This document shows positions 25,200-38,638 of a DNA stretch of 64,000 bases, piece by piece. Source of the DNA: Chiloscyllium plagiosum. Lineage: Eukaryota. The stretch lies in the NCBI RefSeq assembly GCF_004010195.1, contig NC_057719.1:75926882-75990881 (forward strand), written 5' to 3'. The position numbers and the translations under genes were made by a program. The notes beneath the pieces were generated by a model. The model searched no databases, was not told where the DNA came from, and worked only from the letters and a program-made list of their open reading frames with translations. Each line of letters starts with the position of its first letter. Positions within the stretch are counted from its first letter, which is position 1.

Positions 25200-26940
25200 C
25201 ATCCATTGAGCTGTGGCAGGTCAGTCAGCCAGATGAGATGTAAATCCTGCAGTGCATGCAATGTCATGGATGCACACGATTCCTACAAGAACACATCTAT
25301 AGCATGTGTCTTTGGCTGCACAACGTTAAGTCTGAACTTGTGCAGCAATTGGGGCAGCCTTGTGTATCTGCAAGGCAGAGGACTAACAGGATAGTGCTTT
25401 TAGGAACATAGTCACACCATAGATTCAGAGTGTATAAGCAGAGGGGGGATGGTGGCTGCCAGGGAGTGCAGGAGCCTCCTGAGTTAATCTTGTCTTGTTA
25501 TTTCATGTTGGACACTGGTGGGGGCAATGATTTCCTCAGGAGCTTCACCCAGAGCCAAGTCTATTCCACCAGAGTGGAAGGGCACTGGTGAGACGGGATT
25601 CCATAGTTAGTGGATCAGGCAGGTTTTTTTTTGCAGCAGAAAACGTGAGTCCAGAATTGTTGCCTCCGAGTTGACGGGGTCAAGGGTATCATGGAGCAGC
25701 TGCAGGACCTCCTTATTTAGCAGAGGTCATAGTCGACACATGTACTAATGACAGAGGTAGGCAGAGGAATGACATCCCGAAAGGTCTAGGTTGTTCGGAA
25801 GGAAATAGGACCTCAAATATGATAATCTTGGGATTACTCCAATGCCACATGCTAGTGAGCATAGGAGGAGATGGATTGCTTGGTTGCACACATGACTGGA
25901 GAATTGATTTAGGAGAGAGGGAATTGGATTTCAGTAGCATTGGGACCAGTTCTGGGGCAGGTGGAGCCTGTACAATTTTGCCAGGTTGCATCCTAACAGG
26001 ATAAGAACTGGCATCCTTGCATGGAGATATGTTAAACTGTTATGGAGGGTTTAGACTAGCTTGTCTAAACCTGATGGAAACCTGAGGGACAAATTCACAT
26101 TGGAAGGAAGTAAAGCTGGGAACAAGAAGACAAAAAGTGGCAAGTGCAGGTGAAATGAAGACAAGCATCAACTAAGTTTAGAAAGCTGAACTGTGTCAAA
26201 AATTCAAAGTTAAGGGTATTCTATCTGGACACATAGAGCTTTTGCAACATGGTAGATGTTTAAAAGGTGCAATTAAAGATCAATGGGTATGATATAATTA
26301 CTATTACAGAAACATGACTGCTGGGTGACTAAGACAGGGAACTGAACACTCACGGATATTCAACATCTGGGAAGGACAGGAAAAAAGCACAGGGAGGTGG
26401 AATTGCACTAATAACAATAGATGGAATTTTGGAATCTGTACGTTAGCAAGGGAGGATCTCAGATGTGGAATGTGTGACCGGTTAGCATGCAGCAAGGGAG
26501 CAAGCAAGGAGTTGTTTATAAGTCAGATAACAGTAGTGATGGTGTGAGTAATGCTATTAGGAGATTCAAGAATAAGTAAGAGTAATTATGGATGACCTAA
26601 ATTTGCATGTAGAGTGGGTTAGCCTAATGAACACTAATACTGTGAATGGTGAGTTTCTGGAGTGTGTGATGATTTTCCAGAGCAGTATGTTGAGGAACTG
26701 AAAGACTACTGAATAATATTGTTGTTCATGAACCTTTAAGGATGTCAGACCTTGAGTTTCAAGATGATTGAATTTTATACTACATTTGAAAGTGAGGTAA
26801 TTCATTCTAAAGCAGGGTGTTAAATTTGAAAAAAAGGAAATAATGAAGCTATGAGGGACAAATTGGCTGAGGTAGATTGAGAAAATGCATTCAAACATAT
26901 GATGGTACACAATGAATGGACTCTCTTTAAAGTATTATTA
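25200..26940 (+). mobile_element. Old CR1 5' remnant (ORF1 esterase-like and ORF2 endonuclease-like segments)
   Basis: Decayed DSIV (gggattccatagtt, ~25600), ITET (attacagaaaca) and GGGIA (ggaggtggaattgca) motifs. Confidence 0.55.
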
Positions 26941-27321
26941 TTATCACACCATCACTAGGGTTATCTGACTTATTAACAACTCCTTGCTTGCTCCCTTGCT
27001 ACATGCTAATAGATTCCACATTCCCTTTCTTGTTCTTAGGTACAGACTGACAGATTCCACATTCCACATCTGAGATCTTCCCTTACTAATGTGCAGATTT
27101 CAAAATTCTATCTATTATTATCAGTGCAATTCCACCTCCCTTTGCTTTTTTCCTATCCTTCCCAGATGTTGAATATCCGCGAATGTTCAGTTTGCTGCCT
27201 TAGTCAAGCAGCAGTCATGTTTCTATGCAATTCAATCACAACCATTGATCTTTTAAACATCTACTTTGTTGCAAAAGCTCTATGTATCCAGGTAGAATTC
27301 CCTTAGCTTTAACTTTTTGAC
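26195..27321. repeat. Local inverted duplication (arms ~26195-26550 and ~26940-27321)
   Basis: Arms are reverse complements with scattered differences. Near-identical peptides appear in ORFs 26304-26507(-) and 27091-27306(+). Confidence 0.9.
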
Positions 27322-27419
27322 GTATACAGCAACTATACATTCCCTCAAGGCAGAAAAACCCAAAGTTAACTTTGGCCAACAAAAGAAGTTCAGGATTGTC
27401 TAAGTTTGCCTATAATTTT

Positions 27420-28620
27420 AAGCTATGTCCCGTCATGCTAGCCATCACCATCTGATGAAAAAGACTCTCACTGTCCACCCTATCTAGTCCTCTGATCATC
27501 TTGCATGTCTCTATTAAGTCACCTCTTAATCTTCATTTCTCTAACAGCCTTAAGTCCCTCAGCCTTTTCTCATAAGACCTTCCCACCATACAAGGCAACA
27601 TCCTGGTAAATCTCCTCTGCACCCTTTCCAATGCTGCCACATCCTTCCTGTAATGTGGCGACTAGAACGATACGCAATACTCCAAGTGAGGCCACACCAG
27701 AATTTTGTACAGCTGCAGCATGGCCTCATGGCTCCGAAACTCAATCCCTCTACCGATAAAAACTAACTCACCATATGCTTTCTTAACAACCCTATCAACC
27801 TGGGTTGAGAGAGTGTTGCTGGGAAAGCACAGCAGGTCAGGCAGCATCTGAGGAGCAGGAGAGTTGATGTTTTGGCATAAGCCCTTCATCATGAATGAAA
27901 CCCTTCATTCAGGCTTATGCCCGAAACATTGATTCTCCTGCTTCTCGGATGCTGCCTGACCAGCTGTGCTTTCCCAGCAACACAATTTCAACTCTGATCT
28001 CCAGCAACTGCAGTCCTCACTTTTTCCCTATCAATCTGGGTGGCAACTTTCAGGAATCTATGCACATGGACACCGAGATCTCTCTGCTCACCTACACTAC
28101 CAAGAATCTTACCATTAGCCCATACTCTGTATTCCTGTTACTCTTTCCGAAGTGAATCACCTCACACATTTCTGCATTAAACTCCATTTGCCATCTCTCA
28201 GCCCAGCTCTGCAGCTTATCTATGTCCCTCTGTAACCTGCAAAATCCTTCAGCACTGTCCACAAATCCACCGACTTTAGTGTCATCTGCAAATTTACTAA
28301 CCTATCCTTCTATGCCCTCATTCAGGTCAGTTATATAAATGATAAACAGCAGTGTCCCCAAAACAAATCCTTGCGGTACACTGAATGCCAGGATAAACAT
28401 TTCCTATTAATCACCACCCTCTATCTTCTTTCAGCTAGCCAATTTCTGATCCAAACTGCTAAATCACCCTCAATACCATGCCTCCATGTTTTCTGCATTA
28501 GCTTACTGTGGGGAACCTTATCAAACGCTTTACTGAAATCCATATACGCTGCATCAACTGCTTTACCCTCATCCACCTGTTTGGTCACCTTCTCAAAGAA
28601 CTCAATAAGGTTTGTGAGAA
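27420..28620 (-). mobile_element. CR1 LINE RT fragment interrupted by a fold-back Penelope insert
   Basis: Minus strand shows DFSKAFDKVPH, KFADDTK and LVWPHLEYC motifs. Confidence 0.9.
27806..28025. mobile_element. Fold-back (head-to-head) Penelope terminal-repeat insertion inside a CR1
   Basis: Inverted arms including a perfect 20 bp (27814-27833 / 27963-27982). 16-bp TSD ccctatcaa(c/t)ctgggt at 27790-27805 and 28026-28041. Confidence 0.85.
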
Positions 28621-30012
28621 AAGTATCAAATATTAGCCTACTGTTTAAAAATAGATAACAGACATGCCAGTCTTACAGAAGTTGATAGAACCTATTCTAA
28701 AGCTGCCATCTACTTCACAACTTTACAGCTGGTGTTACCATTTATGTCCATTATTGGCTGGTGTTCCCTACTTGTCGTGATTGATGTTGAGGAACTTCAT
28801 GCCTTTTTTTTAATATTGTTTTTGAATTAAAACTTTGGAATCCATGTTGGTTCTTAGTACAGGCAACCTAACCATATAGTGCAGCCAAATTCTATTTTGT
28901 ACACATGCCCAAACCAACAAAACCTGCTTTGCTTAGATTAGCACCAGCATGCTTGGCATGTTTGCATGGAAGAGGACTTTTTAAACAAAGTGTTTATTGG
29001 ATATAGGCTTCACTGGCTAGCCAGCATTTATTACCCATCCCTCGTTGCCTTCAGGAGGTGGTGATGAGCTACCTTCTTGAAATGCTGCAGTCCATTTGTT
29101 GTAGGGAGACCCAAAACGATATTATGGAGGACTTTCAGGATTTTGACTCAGCAACACTGAGAAAATGCTGATATATTTGCAAGTCAGGCTTCCAGGGCAA
29201 CTTTCAGCTGTTGGCGTTCCCATGCATCTGCTGTATTTGTCCATCTAGATGGAAGTGGTCATGGGTTTGGAAGATGCTCCCTAAGCAGTGTTGGTGAATT
29301 TCTGACCCAGCTAGTGGATGGTGCCCACTGCTGCAACTGTATGTCAGTATTGGAGGGAGTTAGTACCTGTGGATGTGGTGCTAATCAAGTGGGCTGCTTT
29401 GTGCTGGATAGTCTCAAGCTTCTTGCTGGAGCTGCACTCATCCGGATGACTACATTGGTGATTCTTTCTTTGCATGTAATGCCAAGGATATATCGTAGGC
29501 ATCAGAGTAGGACCTTATAGAGTTGTGTTTTTTGGTAAGTGCAGACTGTCTAAGCTTTGCTCACAACATGCTGACAATTCAGACCTTGAAGAGTTTGCCG
29601 TCTGATTTTGTGTGGAGATACGCTCCTTCCATGTTGACGGGGAACAAAAAGATCAGAAGGACAGAGAAAAAATATGACAAGAGTATGTTTGTTTGATTTA
29701 AGTTGCCAAGGGCAGGGAGGATAGACATAGGCTAGGATCTTCCTCTCTATAGCCTAAATCGAAAGGCTGGAGAGATGTGAAGAGGGAAACACATGTTCAT
29801 TGAAGATAGGGAATCCCACCCAGATCTTCCTGCTGAGCAATAAGCAAACAGATTTGATCAGATTAATGCAAATTAATGGGTTCCACATCTCCCCATCCCT
29901 CCCCCAACCCCATTTACAGCCTGCCTGCTGTAGTTAAAGACTAGCCAACTCTTTTATTCCATTGCATGTGGAGCTGAAATAGTTGCTGCCTGACCACTTC
30001 AAGTCCTCAATT

Positions 30013-30327
30013 GATTAGATTAGATTCCCTATAGTATAGAAACATGCCCTTCAGCCCAACAAGTCCACACCAACCCTCCAAAGAGTAACCCACCCACACC
30101 CAATCCCCTACTCTGTATTTGCCCCTAACTAATGCACCTAAAAACTATGGGCAATTTAGCATGGCCAATTCACTTTGCCTGCACATCTTTGGACTGTGGG
30201 AGGAAACCGGAGCACCCAGAGGAAACCCATGCATACACGGGGAGAATGTGCAAATGCCACACAGACAGTTACCCGAGGCAGGAATTGAACCTGGGTCCCT
30301 GGCGCTGTCTGAGCCACCATGCTGCCC
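30013..30327 (-). mobile_element. HE1/V-SINE-type SINE
   Basis: (gatta)n tail, core, and head with a small deletion. Confidence 0.88.
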
Positions 30328-31799
30328 TAATTGACATTGGGCTGGGAAGCTTGGACAAAAGTGGGAAGGTGGCAGGGCTCTGGTCTTGCCGAATTAAGTT
30401 CACTTCCTGCCTCAGGACCTACGTCTCTGGGCACAGAAGTTTCTGCCCATAGTTTTGGTTTATAAGTGACTCAGTACACTAATGAGCAAATCGTACAAGC
30501 AAACCCTGACCTGAATGGTTTCTTGCTGTATAGTGGAGAACCTGTAACTATTTAGACTGAAAGTGGATAACGGCAAAAAAGGGAACTTAAAAATGAGCAA
30601 AAATCGAACAATGCAAAAGGAGCACCAATTTGTAAAGGGCTCATGCAAGTATTGGGTTAATTTGAATGTTTCATGATATGATGTTAATAGTGAAGGTACT
30701 ATAGCCTTTATATATAAAACTGTTCTCCCTGATACTTTCATTGAAGAGTTTTTTTTTCATTTAAAATACCTGTGTTAGAAATTTTAACCTTTGTTAAAAG
30801 TAACTAAAAATAGGATTTGAAACAGAAAACATTCATTACCAATATCACACAAAGGCACTTGCATGCATTAACTGCTGGAATCTCACCTTCACAATGTCAA
30901 CTCACACAAGTACTGCAACACTGTTTTTGAATGAGAACAATTAAGAAAACGGAGGAAACCTGATAGCTGAAAATATAACAGGGACCCAACCATTTCAGAT
31001 GTGAGATCTTCTGCTCTCATCCAAAACCAGCGTGTGTAATTTTTCTAATCTAATTAATTTTGAACACGGTGATTTATCTTGATTAAATTATTATTTCTAA
31101 TGATTTGATGCCTGTGCTGTCATTATTTTATTGGAATCTCTATTTTAATTAATCCTCAAGCTGCCGTTTGGGAATGCTGTGTTTCAAATTGAGTTTTAAT
31201 GAGTCTATTTTATTGATATGGATGCAGGATCACAGCACTTTTTTTAAGCAATGATGGACAGTAAATAATGAAAATATGATTAATTATTTCATCAAGAGCG
31301 TCTAAAGACTGAGAGCAACCCTGATATTTCCAATGAAATTGCAGAAATACCTGACCTCACAATAGTCAGTTACTTGTTAAATCAAATCCCTTCTCAGTTT
31401 AATTCTAGTGAAGGTAGCTATATATGGTGCTGTTAAAATTGGCAGGAGCTGTGACAACTGGAAATCTGAGAATTGTGTCAGAGGTTATCTTGTCTGGGGT
31501 TTATGTCCAAAACTGACCCAGAAGAACAGTTTGTAAGTGTTTGTTCATGTACACTGTTCAACTCCATCATGGCTCCATGCTCCATAACACTTATGTAGTA
31601 CCTATTTTATTCACAGCACATTTTATCTATATACAGCATGAAATGTTCTTCCTCCTTTAATCTCTGTGGTGCGAAAGTAAAGACTTATCTAAAAAATGTC
31701 CAGTCATCCTTGCCCTGGGGTCATCCTGACCACTCATTCCAATCTCATGCTTTGCCACAAGTTTTAGGATTTTAAACCCCAGGCATCATACTGGCTATG

Positions 31800-31934
31800 T
31801 AAAAACAATGACTGCAGATGCTGGAAACCAGAGATTAGATTAGATTGGTGCTGGAAAAGCACAGCAGTTCAGGCAGCATCTGAGGAGCAGTAAAAATGCT
31901 GTCTAAACTGCTGTGCTTTTCCAGCACCACTCTA
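31800..31934. mobile_element. Fold-back Penelope-derived mini-insertion
   Basis: Perfect 24-bp inverted arms (31846-31869 / 31906-31929) and perfect 15-bp TSD atcatactggctatg (31785-31799, 31935-31949). Confidence 0.85.
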
Positions 31935-34744
31935 ATCATACTGGCTATGCACAACTTCCAAAATAATTTTTCCTTATTGTCTGTTCTTATTATCTTAAGT
32001 GATGGGTAAATGGTGAAATTCCAAATTTACTTAACATTAGGTCCATCAGTTATGAAGCATGTTGGACTCAAAATTGACTAGAATCCATTATTATAAAGAA
32101 GAAATTTAACAATCCATGGGAAAGCGACACTGCCAAACCTCTTCCATCTTGTGCCTCAAGTGTCTGGATTTATCCATCAAGATCTTGTGTACTTTAGGGT
32201 GTTTAACTTTGAACTTTTAACTAATTTGACCATTTATGGAGATGTGAGCATCACTGACATGCCAACATTTAAGATTCATCTCCTAACTGAGGTTGGTGAT
32301 GAGCTACCTTTTTGAGTTGTTTCAGTATTTGTGGTGAAAATACCCCCACAATGATGATGAGTTGGGAATTCCAGTATGACAACTCAATGACAAAGAAGGA
32401 GTGGCAATACAGTTCTGGATTCAAAATGTTAACTCTGTTTCTCTCTCTGCAGATATTGCCAGACCTTCTGAGTTTCTCTGTCACTTTATTCTTTCTGTAT
32501 AGAGATCAAGTGCTTGGAAGGTACTGTCAAAGGAAACATGACAATTTGCTGCATTGCATCTTCTAGATGGCACATGCTGATGCTTCTGTAGTAGGAAGGA
32601 GTAAATGTTTAAGATATTGAGTAATGTGTAATGAAAACTACATGGATAATTGATGATAATAATGAGAGATTAATACTAATATTATAGTTGGCACACAAAA
32701 GGCTCCATCTGTGGTTGTGAGGTTGCAAAATATAGTTGTTCTTAGAGTGCAATGGTAGTGCAGAGTGAAATAACTTTTTTTGTATAGCAGCATGATATTT
32801 TTTGGATATCTCACTAATTAGGGTTGAGTATCCATGACTGTCTGCTAATGTGCATAAGTGACATAAATTAATAGCTTGTCTTTTATAGTGTCAAGTGTTG
32901 TGGGCCAAATCAGGCAGCTAGGGTTAGACTAATTTGTCATGTAACTTAACTGGTGATGCTTGATAATGCAGTGATCTAACGAAACTAAGTCAAAGGAAGA
33001 GTGAAAGAACGCTCAGCAGAGACTGGATTAGACATGAAAGGATTAGCTTTTGACATTTTGACTGTGATTAACCTTTGTTAAGAAAGCAGAGTCTATTTTA
33101 AGTGTGCTATGTATATTCTTTGCACTGTTTATGACGAATAATCCTCATAGATAACTATTCTAGACTGAAGATGCAGATATCTTAACAGCACCTGGCTTGA
33201 CTGATACTGAGTGAATGGGACATACTCCCTTTGCTTTGGAATAGAAAAAACAGTGCATTGTAGAGCAGCTATTAAACAATAGATGACAATGATTACAGAA
33301 CCAGTTTGGCACATCCATTTTAGTTCTTAATCGATCCTTCCCCTCAGGGTCCCATCAGAATTCATTTGGGAAACTCAGAAAAAGAGGTTTGGTGTCTTTC
33401 CCTCCACAGTCTGCATCCAAATCCAAATGCCTTGAATATGACTTCCATGAAGATCCTTGTGTTTTTTTTGCTTAGATTACAATAACAAAACGATCAGCTG
33501 TGAGTGTACCTGAGAGAAACTAGACCTTTACCAGGGATAAAGTCAGTACTGTACAGTAAAACAGTGTGAGGAATCAATTGAACTGGCTGTGTGTGTGATG
33601 TTGTTGCTTGTATTCAGAAACTAATTGCATCGAAAATTGCAAATTGGAAAAGCAGAAGAAGCTCATTATCTCAAATGATTGTGTCCTCAATACAGTTTCA
33701 CTGTAATTGAGATTGCACTGTGTTTTGGCCTTGGTGAGTACAAAACCCAGCTGAGTATGTTTGAGTTCTCATTAATACCTCTTTTAAGTGCTTTTCCAAA
33801 TTTTACATTAGAGTGGGTACATCTGTCCTTCAGAATCAGAAAACAAAATTCTCTAAGAGCTCTGGAGTTTTCACATTTATTAATTCCCATTGTTTTGATT
33901 GTCTGTCTAAAAGTAATGAGGTGCATGGATCTTTGTTTCAAATATTTCCTCAGAGAATCAATTGAAAAGGTGCATGATGGACTCGGAAGGGTTTAAATTT
34001 GTTAATTTCAGAACAATTTAAGCAGTGGGCCATTGTATTTTCTCAATGTCCTTCTATAGCTTAGCACTCTATAATGTCTGGCAGAATCCCACAAAGCAAA
34101 TTAAGATTTTCATTTCAGCTGTTCTTATTTAAATGAAAAATTTCTGGTTATTTTTCACAATTATGTCAAAAAATCAAAACCTTTCACTAGAGAAAGCTAC
34201 TTAAATTGTCCTTGTTTAAAAACAAGGCTCAAAAGTACACAATTTTCCAAGGTGTGGCTTTTTGATTTTGTGACAATGCTGTCACTTTAAGAGGTTATTT
34301 TGTCCTGTTTTTTTTTAAGAGAGGTTGTAAGGTGTTGTGGAAGAATCACTCAATGTTCCATAAAACGTTACCAGGAGACACAGAAAATCCTTCACAGAAT
34401 TAAACTTTAATCTTGCAAAATCAACGCTGTGGCAGCCAGAAAAATGTCTTCCCTGACTGCCCTTAACTTTTCCAGTTTGTACAATTTGTTGGTCCTGCAC
34501 TTATCGGATAACGTTAACACAGTCAATCATGCTGGCTTGCTTTACCTTTCTAAACTAATCATCATCTGTCATACTGGTTCCCTCCATCACACTTAACCTA
34601 TCACATTACAATGCCAACATCTTCAGCTTTAGCTCATCTCCCAGTGATTTAACTAACCTATCACAATGCACTACCGTTATCTGTTACTGGAGCCCTGTAA
34701 CATGATCTTGGGCATACATTGCAACACTAAGTTAACCACATGAC

Positions 34745-35317
34745 TGTCATAATAACTTTCTTCAAGGCAGAGGTATGGAGCTTTGTCTATGAAAGTAAAC
34801 AATTTGTGAGGCCCTGGGTTTTGTTTTAAAATCAGAACAATGGAAGCAATCTCAGTGGGGCCAGCTCTCACAGACCAGGCTTTTTGGGTTTTTTTAAGTT
34901 TTTAGGTTTAGTTTTAGGTAGAAACTCAAAAGAGTTGGAAGCTTCAGTGAATGTCTCCTGGCTGCTGCACTTTCTGAATTTTCTCTTGATGTTTTTTCCT
35001 CTTGGATAAGAGAACTGCATGTGAGAATTGAATCTAAATTTGTCTTTTTGTCAAGGGATGTGTTTATGGGATCAGTTAGTTAACAATACTTACTGTATCT
35101 ATTATTTGGTTAAATTTTCCAATATTTAAGTTATTCTAAATTTCTCTTTGTTTTGTTTATATTTTAATTAGTGTTTAAATAAATTTTGTTTTGCATAATG
35201 TCAAGTAGTCAAGCAACAGGAACACGGCATTTCACATCTACCTTTAAAATAAGAAGAAGTGGGGGTCCAGCCTACCTTCTTAAAGTATTTTGAGGGGATT
35301 TGGTCTGGTCCATAACA
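34745..35317 (+). mobile_element. Solo LTR related to the Gmr1-like element
   Basis: Ends ttttgaggggatttggtctggtccataaca like the 3' LTR, and shares internal gtgtttatggga and aaataaatt blocks. The 5' boundary is approximate. Confidence 0.7.
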
Positions 35318-38300
35318 ACTCGTTCATAGTTATAGAATACAAAAGTCTAATTGGCAATTGCTTTCTCCTGAGTTGTAAATGTAGTTTTATATCTGATGGG
35401 CTCAATATTATTAAAGAAATAGAAGTTCCATTTTCTTGCAATCCACCCGATATAATTTCAGCTCCCACTCCCTATCAAAAAAATCAGATTCTTCATGACA
35501 ACTTTGGTCAACAAAAGAACCCTGGTCTGGATTCACGTTTCGTAGCAGCATTAATGCTGCGCCTTTTCTAGATTCTATTACTATGCTGTTGCATGACCCT
35601 CTCCATCTCAACTCTATAGAATCTTGAAAGGGTGTAGATTGTTCATCTTCCTTGTCTACACTGAATATAGTTGATTATCTTCTAAAACCTTTTCAATCAA
35701 GTTGATTGAATCTTCCTTTTTAACGCCAAGAATAGCTTTCAAATAATGCTACATATATAAAAAACTGTCCACAATTTCATCTTCTTCACCATCTCTCCCA
35801 TGCTATGACTTCACTTCCATCAATCCTATTCTGCATGGAAACAGTCTCTCCAGCCAGGGTAACTTTGTTGTTTGGCTGCATTTCCCTTCCACAGATTCTT
35901 TTTCATTTCTTCCACCATATCCCACCAAGTGTTTGCACATATATTGGCCAATACTCCACGTGCGCCCTATGTATCTCCATGGACATTAGGTACATCGCCC
36001 TGTAAGTAAATGCACCAATAGGTGAGCCTCAGAAACTGAACAATCAAAATCATCTAGATGGACAAAAAGAGTTAACATTTAATAAATGTTCATAAATAAA
36101 TACCATTTCTGCTTTAGTCTGAGTTGTACAGTTTGCTTTTCTATTGTTTGAAGTATGTCAGAAACATGAATGGGAGATCTTCACGTAATCCCAAGTGAGA
36201 GGTACAATGGCTTTAGGTTAATCGCTCATTGTGTGGCATGTTACCTTATTCACAGCACACAAAAAGGTGCATGTTTTCGATGGCAGCCTTCTTGATCTGC
36301 CCATGAATAAGAAATATCAAAAAGAATATGAAAAGGAATCCAAACACTATTGCTCAGCTCACAGAAAGACTAAGCTTGCCTCCTGTAGACGGAATTTTGT
36401 AATGCCATGGAAGCTATAGTTTTAATGAATTATGTCTATTTTGTTAACGGGATGCAGATGATCCTAGTGTTGTTTTTCAAAGCTTGGGTTCATGAGACGA
36501 ATGTGAAATATGAAGGTAAATGAGACATTAGACAGAACCCTTGGGTTCCAATCCAGATGGTTTGCATTCAGTAATAGCTGATAGCCCACCCGAGGTGAAA
36601 ATGAGATCAGTTTGGATAAAGTGCTGGGAGGAAATACTGCATTCAGGAATTATCATAACAAGATGATTCTCCTGAAGTCAAAATCTTTTGCTGTTGATAT
36701 GATACTCCTAGGGATAGAGTGCATCCAACCCCATGCACAAGCAGCAAAGGCATTGTTTATTGAAGTGATGGATGTTTCCATGACAACGAGCCATACCACT
36801 GAATCAGTGGCCCTGCATTTTGCAGTTTGTGGCAAAGTTACATGCCACCAGTTTTGAAGAAAACTGCCCAAAAGATCCAACAAAGTGTAGGGTGCAAATA
36901 CCCCCATTTCCTGATGGCAGTTGCAGCACCACATCAAGGGATGCTTCAAGGCTGTTGTAGAACTGGATCATATTAACTGTGAATTAGGGCCAGAATGCTC
37001 AGGAGAGATGTTTGGAAGCTCGTCTCTACAGCAAGGGTAAGAGATGTTAGGAACTGCCTTCCACAACTGGCAGTGGGTGCTGGATCAGTTGTTAATTTTA
37101 AACCTGAGATAAACTTTTGTTAAGCAAAGACATTAAGTGTTGTGAGCCAAAAGCAGGTTTCTGGTGTTAGGCCACAGATCAGCCAGGGCCTCAATGAATG
37201 GTGGAACAGGCTCGAGAAGGGCTGAATGGCCTACTCCTGTTCCGATGTTCCTGTCAGTATGCAGCCAGTCACATTGAAGTGATCTCTCAGATGGCAAACC
37301 AGGATGTTAAAACCATTTAATGCTTGTAATTTTCATCTAAGTTTTTTTAAAAGTCGAACATTTTAATTGGATTGAAATGGTGAGCACAATTAATATAATG
37401 AAAAATCTCTTTTAATAATGCGTAGCTTTCTTAACATAATGAGAAAAGTTGATTTCAAAAAATGTGTAACTGACCTTTCAGGGTGTGTAAGAATAATTCT
37501 GATGTTAAATGCTGTTAACACTTTATTTAGAAAGCTGTCACTTTCTCAGAGGTTTTCACAAAGACGCTGACTGTGACCCAGATCTTCTGTGGTGCAACTA
37601 TCATCATCAGGTTGCTATTCCACTCAGACTTTCCTTAAAGTTGACTCTTTTCCTCTGACCTTCTGAATCCAGCTCCACAAAAAAATAAGGAGCACAGTGT
37701 CCCTCCGAGAACTCCATCGGTTTGGAGAAGATGGAATGTTCACATTGTCCCTACTCCTGTATAGTAGGTTTTAAGCTGCACTCTTAAAATTGGTAGTAAC
37801 ACTGCTAGTCAGTGGTTGAGATGAATAAGTGGGACAGTGTAGAACAAAACATCATAGATATACAGTGAGAGGAGGTAGGTTCAAAACTCAGTTGACGGGT
37901 AACTACTTCTCTTAGAGTGTTAGGAATCTGTTGAATCCACTGCCCCAGAATGCACTGGATGCAGAATCAATCAACAGATTCAAGAAAATATCGCTGTGTT
38001 TCTGATGAAAAGTAGGATAAGGGGTTATGGGGAGCAGGCAGGTGAGTGGACTTGAGATCAGGATAAGATCAGCCATGATCATGTTAAATGGCAGAGCGGC
38101 CAGAAGGAATGGATTACTTGCTCATGCTCCTAATTCCTATGTTCCTACAAGTGAATGGTTATGGTGGTGGTGTGGGAAAGTGGATGAGGTGGTTGTGGAG
38201 GGTGGCAGGTGAATGATAAAGGCAGTTGGTTGTCAGGTCTGCTCAGATGGTGGTTGAGTGAATGCTGGGTGATTGCCCCAAATTGGTTGGTGCAATCAGA

Positions 38301-38458
38301 CCGGGTTGGGGGAACAGCCAGGTGATCAGGGTTGTTAGGAGCTAGTTAGGTTGAAGCGGGTGGCAATTGGATGGGTAGTGGGGGAGGGAAGGGGAAAAAG
38401 GGACTAGTCGGTTATGGTCGGTGGCCAAGAGGAGTGGTTGTTGGTAGGAGTCAAGGCA

Positions 38459-38638
38459 GAGTGTGTCTGTGTGTGTGTGTATACACGCGCGCACGTATGT
38501 CGACATGTGTGTGTGTGCGCACATGTGTAAGTGTATTTGTGTCTGTGTGTGCACATGCATGTGAGAGTGTGTGTGTCTGTGTGTGTATATATGTGCACGT
38601 GTGTGTGTGTGCATGTGTGTCTATCTGTGTGGGTGTGT
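38459..38638. repeat. Imperfect (TG)n/(RY)n microsatellite
   Basis: About 180 bp of mostly alternating purine-pyrimidine sequence. Confidence 0.92.
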
